From NCBI GenBank assembly GCA_003577095.1, contig QEUR01000004.1, forward strand, positions 1 to 41,025: a stretch of 41,025 nt of DNA, read 5' to 3'. This document shows positions 35,479 to 41,025 of this stretch, piece by piece. The notes beneath the pieces were generated by a model that did not search any database, was not told the origin of the DNA, and saw only the letters and a list, made by a program, of their open reading frames with translations. How positions within the stretch are numbered: position 1 is the first letter of the stretch; each line of letters starts with the position of its first letter. This stretch comes from Acidobacteriota bacterium. Its GTDB lineage: Bacteria > Actinomycetota > Actinomycetes > Actinomycetales > Dermatophilaceae. Made by a program: the position numbers and the translations under genes.

Positions 35479-35511
35479 CGCCCGGGGACGGCGGTCGGCC
35501 GTCCCCGGGCG
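35479..35511. terminator. Perfect 14-bp intra-operon hairpin
   Basis: CGCCCGGGGACGGC-ggtcg-GCCGTCCCCGGGCG between the LLM and FMN reductase genes. Confidence 0.6.
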
Positions 35512-35516
35512 GGTGG

Positions 35517-36659
35517 TCAGCTCTGGGTGGTCGCGGCGGCGGCCGCGGTGGCGCGGGCGGGCGCGACCAGGTGGTACGTGCTCTCCGGGCCCTCTGCCAC
35601 GAGCGAGGCGTGGGTGGGCGGGTCGCTGGGCACGTGGGCGGGACGACGGGCCTCGAACTCCTTGCGCAGCACCGGCACGACCTCCTTGCCCAGGATCTCG
35701 ATCTGCTCGAGGACGACCTCGATCGGCAGGCCGGCGTGGTCCATCAGGAAGAGCTGGCGCTGGTAGTCGCCGATCGCGTCGGCGAAGCCGAGCGTGCGCT
35801 CGATGACCATCTCGGGAGTGCCCACCGTGAGCGGGGTCACCTCGGTGAACTGCTCCAGGCTCGGGCCGTGGCCGTAGACCGGCGCGTTGTCGAAGTAGGG
35901 ACGGAAGACCTTCTTGGCCTCCGCCTCCGTCTCCGCCATGAAGACCTGCCCGCCGAGGCCGACGATCGCCTGGTCGGCGGCGCCGTGGCCGTAGTGCTCG
36001 AAGCGGCGGCGGTAGAGGTTCACCATCTGGGCGGTGTGCTCCATGTTCCAGAAGATGTTGTTGTGGAAGAAGCCGTCACCGTAGTAGGCGGCCTGCTCGG
36101 CGATCTCGGTGGACCGGATCGAGCCGTGCCACACGAACGGCGGGGTGTCGTCCAGCGGCCGCGGCGTGGCGGTGAAGCCGTGCAGCGGCGTGCGGAACTT
36201 GCCCTCCCAGTCCACGACGTCCTCGCGCCAGAGCCGGCGCAGCAGGTGGTAGTTCTCGACCGCGAGCGGGATGCCCTGACGGATGTCCTTGCCGAACCAC
36301 GGGTAGACCGGGCCGGTGTTGCCGCGGCCCATCATCAGGTCGACGCGGCCGCCCGCCAGGTGCTGCAGGAAGGCGTAGTCCTCCGCGATCCGCACCGGGT
36401 CGGTGGTGGTGATCAGCGTGGTGGCCGTCGACAGGATCAGGCGCTGCGTCTGCGCGGCGATGAACGCCAGGTGCGTCGTGGGCGCGGACGGCACGAACGG
36501 CGGGTTGTGGTGCTCGCCGGTCGCGAAGACGTCGAGCCCGACCTCCTCGGCCTTGAGCGCGATGCGGGTCATCGCCTCGATGCGCTCGCCCTCGGTGGGC
36601 GTGCGGCCGGTCGTCGGGTCCATGGTCACGTCGCCGACGCTGAAGACACCGATCTGCAT
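35517..36659 (-). CDS. Luciferase-like (LLM) flavin-dependent monooxygenase (CE1758-like)
   Basis: GEHHNPPF, DPVRIAED, GRGN, WHGSIRS; paired with the FMN reductase; alternative GTG at 36668. Confidence 0.92.
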   Translation of the reverse strand: MQIGVFSVGDVTMDPTTGRTPTEGERIEAMTRIALKAEEVGLDVFATGEHHNPPFVPSAPTTHLAFIAAQTQRLILSTATTLITTTDPVRIAEDYAFLQHLAGGRVDLMMGRGNTGPVYPWFGKDIRQGIPLAVENYHLLRRLWREDVVDWEGKFRTPLHGFTATPRPLDDTPPFVWHGSIRSTEIAEQAAYYGDGFFHNNIFWNMEHTAQMVNLYRRRFEHYGHGAADQAIVGLGGQVFMAETEAEAKKVFRPYFDNAPVYGHGPSLEQFTEVTPLTVGTPEMVIERTLGFADAIGDYQRQLFLMDHAGLPIEVVLEQIEILGKEVVPVLRKEFEARRPAHVPSDPPTHASLVAEGPESTYHLVAPARATAAAAATTQS

Positions 36660-36733
36660 GGGGCTCACCTTCTCGCAGTAGTTGACAGATCAACTATACG
36701 AACAGGGCTGCCTCCGTGTCTATTCCGACCGTC

Positions 36734-37396
36734 TCAGTCGAGGAGACCGGCGGCGCGGGCGGTCGCGACCGCGCCGGTCCGGCTGTCGGCGCCGAGCTTG
36801 CCGAAGACGTGGTTCAGGTGGGTCTTGACCGTCGCCTCGCTGACGAAGAGGGTCCGCGCGACCTCCCGGTTGGACAGCCCGTCGGCGACCAGCCGCAGCA
36901 CCTCGAGCTCGCGCGCGGACAGCTCGGCCCGCCGCACCCGCATCGTCGCCACGACCCGCTCGGTCAGCTCGGGGCCGAAGAGCGTCTCGCCGCGGGCCGA
37001 GGCCTCGATCGCGGAGACGATCGCGGTCGGCGCGGCGTCCTTGAGCAGGTAGCCGGCCGCCCCCGCCTCCACCGCGCGCACCAGGTCCGCGTCGTGGTCG
37101 TAGGTGGTGAGGATCAGCACCGCCGGCGCACGGTCGGCGCCGCTCGCGCGCACCGCCCGGGTCACGTCGACGCCATCGGGCCCCTCGCCGAGGCGCAGGT
37201 CGCACAGGATCACGTCCGGAGCCAGCTCGTGCGCGAGCTGCACCGCCTCCTCGCCGTCGCCCGCCTCACCCACGACCCGCAGGCCGGGCTGGACCGACAG
37301 CAGGGCCAGCAGGCCCGCGCGCACCACCGGGTGGTCGTCGACCACCAGGACGCTGACGGCTCCGCCGTCCTGGGGGTATGAAGTGCCGTCGGTCAC
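36734..37396 (-). CDS. NarL/LuxR-family response regulator
   Basis: VVDDHPVV, D in ILCDL, LTTY, YLLKD, LSARELEVL...SN...TVKTH. Confidence 0.92.
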   Translation of the reverse strand: MTDGTSYPQDGGAVSVLVVDDHPVVRAGLLALLSVQPGLRVVGEAGDGEEAVQLAHELAPDVILCDLRLGEGPDGVDVTRAVRASGADRAPAVLILTTYDHDADLVRAVEAGAAGYLLKDAAPTAIVSAIEASARGETLFGPELTERVVATMRVRRAELSARELEVLRLVADGLSNREVARTLFVSEATVKTHLNHVFGKLGADSRTGAVATARAAGLLD

Positions 37397-38652
37397 GCGC
37401 CCGCCTCCTGTCCGGCGTCGGTCGCCTGGGCCAGCGGGACCGAGGCGCTCACGGCGGTGCCGGCCCCGGGCTCGGACTCCACGTCCAGGCCCCCGCCGAG
37501 CTCGCGGAGGCGCTGGCGGGAGGCACGCAGGCCGTAGCCGCCGCGGCTGACGTCGCCGGTCCGGGCCAGGGTGGCGGTGTCGAAGCCTCGCCCGTCGTCG
37601 ACGACGTCGAGACGCACCGAGTCCTCCGCCTCGGCCACGGTGACGACGACCGAGGAGGCCCGCGCGTGCTGGCGGACGTTGGCCAGCGCCGACTGCGCGA
37701 CCCGCAGCAGGGCGACCTCGACGACGGGAGGCAGCGCGGCGACGTCGCCCTCGACGCGGACCTCCCCGGCGACACCGGTCTCTGAGGCGAAGCGCTCGAC
37801 GATCCGGGTCAGCGCCTCGACCAGCCCGGACTCCAGCGGGGCCGGTGCGAGGGCGCCGACGACGCGGCGCGCCTCGTCCAGGCCCTCCGCCGCGGAGGTC
37901 TCGATCTGGGCGAGCAGGCGCCGCTCGGCCGCCTGGTCCTGCGTGGCCACGCCCGCGCGGGCGAGCAGCAGGATCGAGGAGAAGCCCTGGGCGAGGGTGT
38001 CGTGGATGTCGCGGGAGAGCCGGGTGCGCTCGGCGAGCACCCCGGCGGACCGCTGGACCTCGGCGAGCTCGGCGTGCAGCACCTCGGTCTCCTCCTGGGC
38101 GGCGACGAGGGAGGTGACGAGCCGCTCCCGCTCCAGCCCGTCGCGGACCAGCAGCTGCTGGCCACGGGAGAGGGCCAGGGCGAAGACCATCCCGACCGCC
38201 GGGCCGACGACCTCGGCCACGGTGAGCCCGCCGGGCCAGGGCCGCGCCACCACCACCGCGAGCACGACGACGCTCACGGCCACCCCGACCCTGAAGGGCA
38301 GCAGGTGCCCGGCCAGCAGCCACAGCGAGAAGGCCACCCAGATGAACTCCGGGCTGACCGCCACGGCGAGCAGCCAGGCGAGGACCAGCCCGAGGAACCA
38401 CCAGCCGCCCGGCCCGACCCGCCGCTGCGCCCCGCCGCCCGCCGACAGGTGCGGACCGCCGCCCGGCCCTGCGGACGCGCGGCGGGCGCCCACGGCATAC
38501 CAGAGGAGCAGCAGTGCCACGGCCCCGACGAGCGCGGGGACGGCGGCGCCGGTGGCCAGCGCGCGCCACACCCCGATGGTGACGAGGGCGAGGAAGAGCG
38601 CGTGCTGGACCAGGGCCAGGCGGCGGATCATCGCGGTGGTCGACGTGCTCAC
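37393..38652 (-). CDS. Membrane sensor histidine kinase (HisKA_3)
   Basis: N-terminal TMs, ERTRLSRDIHDTLAQ, NVRQHA, DDGRGF, GYGL. Confidence 0.93.
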   Translation of the reverse strand: MSTSTTAMIRRLALVQHALFLALVTIGVWRALATGAAVPALVGAVALLLLWYAVGARRASAGPGGGPHLSAGGGAQRRVGPGGWWFLGLVLAWLLAVAVSPEFIWVAFSLWLLAGHLLPFRVGVAVSVVVLAVVVARPWPGGLTVAEVVGPAVGMVFALALSRGQQLLVRDGLERERLVTSLVAAQEETEVLHAELAEVQRSAGVLAERTRLSRDIHDTLAQGFSSILLLARAGVATQDQAAERRLLAQIETSAAEGLDEARRVVGALAPAPLESGLVEALTRIVERFASETGVAGEVRVEGDVAALPPVVEVALLRVAQSALANVRQHARASSVVVTVAEAEDSVRLDVVDDGRGFDTATLARTGDVSRGGYGLRASRQRLRELGGGLDVESEPGAGTAVSASVPLAQATDAGQEAGA

Positions 38653-38656
38653 GCCC

Positions 38657-40909
38657 TCATGGTGTCAGCACGAGCTCGCGCTCGGGCGCGGCGTCCGGCT
38701 CGGGGATCGCCGCGTCCTGCGGGCGGCTGGGCCACCAGAACCTGTCCCCGACCAGCGTGATGACCGCCGGCACGAAGAGGGTGCGCACGACGAGGGTGTC
38801 GACGACCACGCCCAGCCCGACGATGAGCCCGAGCTGACCGAGGGTGATCAGCGGCAGCACGCTGAGCGCGGCGAAGACGCCGGCGAGCACGATGCCCGCG
38901 CTGGTGATGACCACACCGGTGGTGCTCACGCCCCGGACGACCGCGCCGCGGGTGCCGAGAGCGGGCACCTCGGAGCGCACCCGGTGCACGGGGAAGATCG
39001 TGTAGTCGATCCCCAGCGCCACCAGGAAGAGGAACGCCAGCAGCGGCACGTCGGTGTCGAGGGCGTCCCAGCCGAAGAGCTCGCGACCGGCCCACGCGCC
39101 CGCACCGATCGCCGCGAGGGTGCTGGCGACGTTGATCGTGAGCAGCAGGAGGGGCGCGACGAGCGAGCGGAGCAGGACCGCGAGCACCACGGCGACGACG
39201 GCGAGCACGAGCGGGGCGACGAGGAAGAGGTCGGTGCGCGCGGCCTCCCGTGAGTCGACGTCGGTCACCGCCGCGCCGCCGACGAGCGCGTCGGCCCCGG
39301 GTATGCCGTGCACCGCCTCGCGCAGCTCGTACACCAGGTCGCGCTCGGCCTGGGTGCCGGGGGCGCCGTCGCCGACCACGGTGAGGGTGGCGACCTCCCC
39401 GCGGGAGGCGGTGTCGCCGGCGGGGCCCGGCCGGACCATCTCGACGCCGTCGACGTCCTTCACCGCGGCGGTGACCGCGTCCAGTTCGGCGGCGTCGGTG
39501 ACGACCGTGAACGGCGCGGCGCTGCCGGCCGGGAAGTGCTGGGCGACGACCTCGACGCCGGCGGCGGACTCGGAGCCCCCGCGGAAGCGGTCGACCTGGC
39601 TCAGGCCGACGTCGGTGCCGATCAGACCGGTGCTCATGACCGCGAGGAGCACGACGCCGGCGGCAAGGACCTGGCGCGGGCGGCGCACGACGAAGGTGGC
39701 GACCCGGCCCCACACCCCCACCTCACGACCGGACGCACGCTCTGCACCCCCCACCTCACGACCGGCGACACGGTCGGTCCGCCCGGGCGCACCACCCACC
39801 TCCCGACCGGCGACACGCTCGGTCCGCCCGGACGCGCCACCCACCTCCCGACCGGCGACACGCTCGGTCCGCCCGGACGCGCCACCGGTGGGCCGCGGCA
39901 CGAACGGCCAGAACGCACCGCGGCCCACGACCGCGAGCGCGGCGGGCAGCACGAGGACGACCGAGACGAGCGCGACCACCAGTCCGACGGCGGAGGCGAT
40001 ACCCAGGCCGCGGGTGCCCGGCAGGGAGGCCAGGACGAGGGTCGCCAGGGCGAGGACGACCGCCACGTTGCTGGCGAGGATCGCCGGGACGCTGCCGCGC
40101 CAGGCTGCCCGCAGCGCGGCCCGGTGGTCCTCCTCGACGCGCAGCTCCTCGCGGTAGCGGGAGATCAGCAGCAGCGCGTAGTTAGCGCCAGCCCCGAAGA
40201 CGAGGACGCTGATGATCCCGCCGTCGAAGTTGAGGTCGAGCGCCTGCCCGACGGCCTTGGTGGCCACGCCCGCGACCTGGTCGGCCAGGCCCACGACGGT
40301 CAGCGGGACCAGCATGAGCACCGGCGAGCGGTAGGTGAGCAGGAGCAGCAGCCCGACGATCCCGACGGTGACGAGCAGGAGGGTGAGGTTGGCCCCGTCG
40401 AAGGAGGCGGCGATGTCGGCGCCGAAGGCGGGACCACCCGTGGTCTGCGCCTCGAGCCCGGCGGGCAGCCCCTCGGCGACGGCGGCCCGGACCCCGTCCA
40501 CCACGGTGCGCAGCTCGTCGTTGTCGGTCGTGTCGACGCGCACCGGCACTTGGATCATGCCGGCCTGGCCGTCCTCGCTCATGATCGGGCCGAAGGCCCG
40601 CTCGCCCTGGGCGGCGGGGAGGGTGGCCGCGAGGTCGGCCAGGCCCTTCTGGTCGGTGCCGGTCAGCGCGGCGCCGTCGTCGCGGGTGGCGACGACGACG
40701 AGCGTCTGCACGTCGGCCCCGGGCAGCTCCTGGACGAGGTCGGAGACGACGGTGGACTCGGAGGTGGCAGGGGCGGCGCCGTGGCCGGCGGCGACCTCGG
40801 CGCCGCGCAGCCCGCCGATCAGGCCGGCGGCGACGAGGGCGGCGAGCACGAGGGCGACCCAGGCCGAGGCGCGCCCGGTCAGGAGGCGTGGGAGACGGTC
40901 GGTGAGCAT
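38657..40909 (-). CDS. MMPL/RND-family transporter
   Basis: Two MMPL halves; GAGANYALLLISRYREE, ALGIDY, VITSAG, DTLVVR. Confidence 0.92.
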   Translation of the reverse strand: MLTDRLPRLLTGRASAWVALVLAALVAAGLIGGLRGAEVAAGHGAAPATSESTVVSDLVQELPGADVQTLVVVATRDDGAALTGTDQKGLADLAATLPAAQGERAFGPIMSEDGQAGMIQVPVRVDTTDNDELRTVVDGVRAAVAEGLPAGLEAQTTGGPAFGADIAASFDGANLTLLLVTVGIVGLLLLLTYRSPVLMLVPLTVVGLADQVAGVATKAVGQALDLNFDGGIISVLVFGAGANYALLLISRYREELRVEEDHRAALRAAWRGSVPAILASNVAVVLALATLVLASLPGTRGLGIASAVGLVVALVSVVLVLPAALAVVGRGAFWPFVPRPTGGASGRTERVAGREVGGASGRTERVAGREVGGAPGRTDRVAGREVGGAERASGREVGVWGRVATFVVRRPRQVLAAGVVLLAVMSTGLIGTDVGLSQVDRFRGGSESAAGVEVVAQHFPAGSAAPFTVVTDAAELDAVTAAVKDVDGVEMVRPGPAGDTASRGEVATLTVVGDGAPGTQAERDLVYELREAVHGIPGADALVGGAAVTDVDSREAARTDLFLVAPLVLAVVAVVLAVLLRSLVAPLLLLTINVASTLAAIGAGAWAGRELFGWDALDTDVPLLAFLFLVALGIDYTIFPVHRVRSEVPALGTRGAVVRGVSTTGVVITSAGIVLAGVFAALSVLPLITLGQLGLIVGLGVVVDTLVVRTLFVPAVITLVGDRFWWPSRPQDAAIPEPDAAPERELVLTP
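39718..39885. repeat. Coding tandem repeat, 45-bp unit, 3 copies plus 1 partial
   Basis: CCACCTCCCGACCGGCGACACGCTCGGTCCGCCCGGACGCGCCAC at 39796 and 39841 (identical), 39751 (variant), 39718 (truncated); encodes GGASGRTERVAGREV. Confidence 0.9.
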
Positions 40910-41025
40910 GTCTTCGACGGTATGGAGAAGGCACCCTCCCCCTCTCCCCCCGACCTCAACCCTTCGGTTGATCCGTGCCGGGTAACGGCGGCCGGGTCGG
41001 CGCCGCTCAGCCTTCCCGCCGCGCC

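Noticed and set aside
39718-39885. Possible CRISPR array
   Set aside because: Units are contiguous with no unique spacers, in frame within MMPL, and there are no cas genes

Overview
High-GC actinobacterial chromosomal window. The backbone (1-12115 and 21538-34679) is a CoA-dependent aromatic catabolic cluster centred on anthranilate/salicylate. It includes an aryl-CoA ligase, an anthraniloyl/salicylyl-CoA monooxygenase-reductase, a PaaX-type regulator, a thioesterase, two SDRs, a MenB/BadI-like crotonase, two Rid proteins, a LIV-type ABC importer, an isatin-hydrolase-like cyclase and a ThDP enzyme. It also carries two further CoA ligases and a B12-dependent acyl-CoA mutase with a remodelled active site that the ORF track missed. 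A shared palindrome (TGACG-NN-CGTCA) lies in four of its promoter regions. A roughly 9.4-kb accessory island (about 12.1-21.5 kb) splits the cluster. It holds arsI/arsR/arsC, hicAB, an intact non-IntI tyrosine recombinase, a MerR/flavin-disulfide-reductase module, a HEPN-motif protein, two lipoproteins and small orphans. The most striking observation is that nearly every gene or module from 13.5 to 21.4 kb is delimited by a same-orientation GCGGCA-N5-GG motif, including two near-identical 17-20 bp pairs, which suggests an integron-like gene-cassette array built by that recombinase. The right end is ordinary: an LLM monooxygenase/FMN reductase pair, a two-component system and an MMPL transporter with a 45-bp coding tandem repeat. 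All calls come from reading the sequence; no searches were run.
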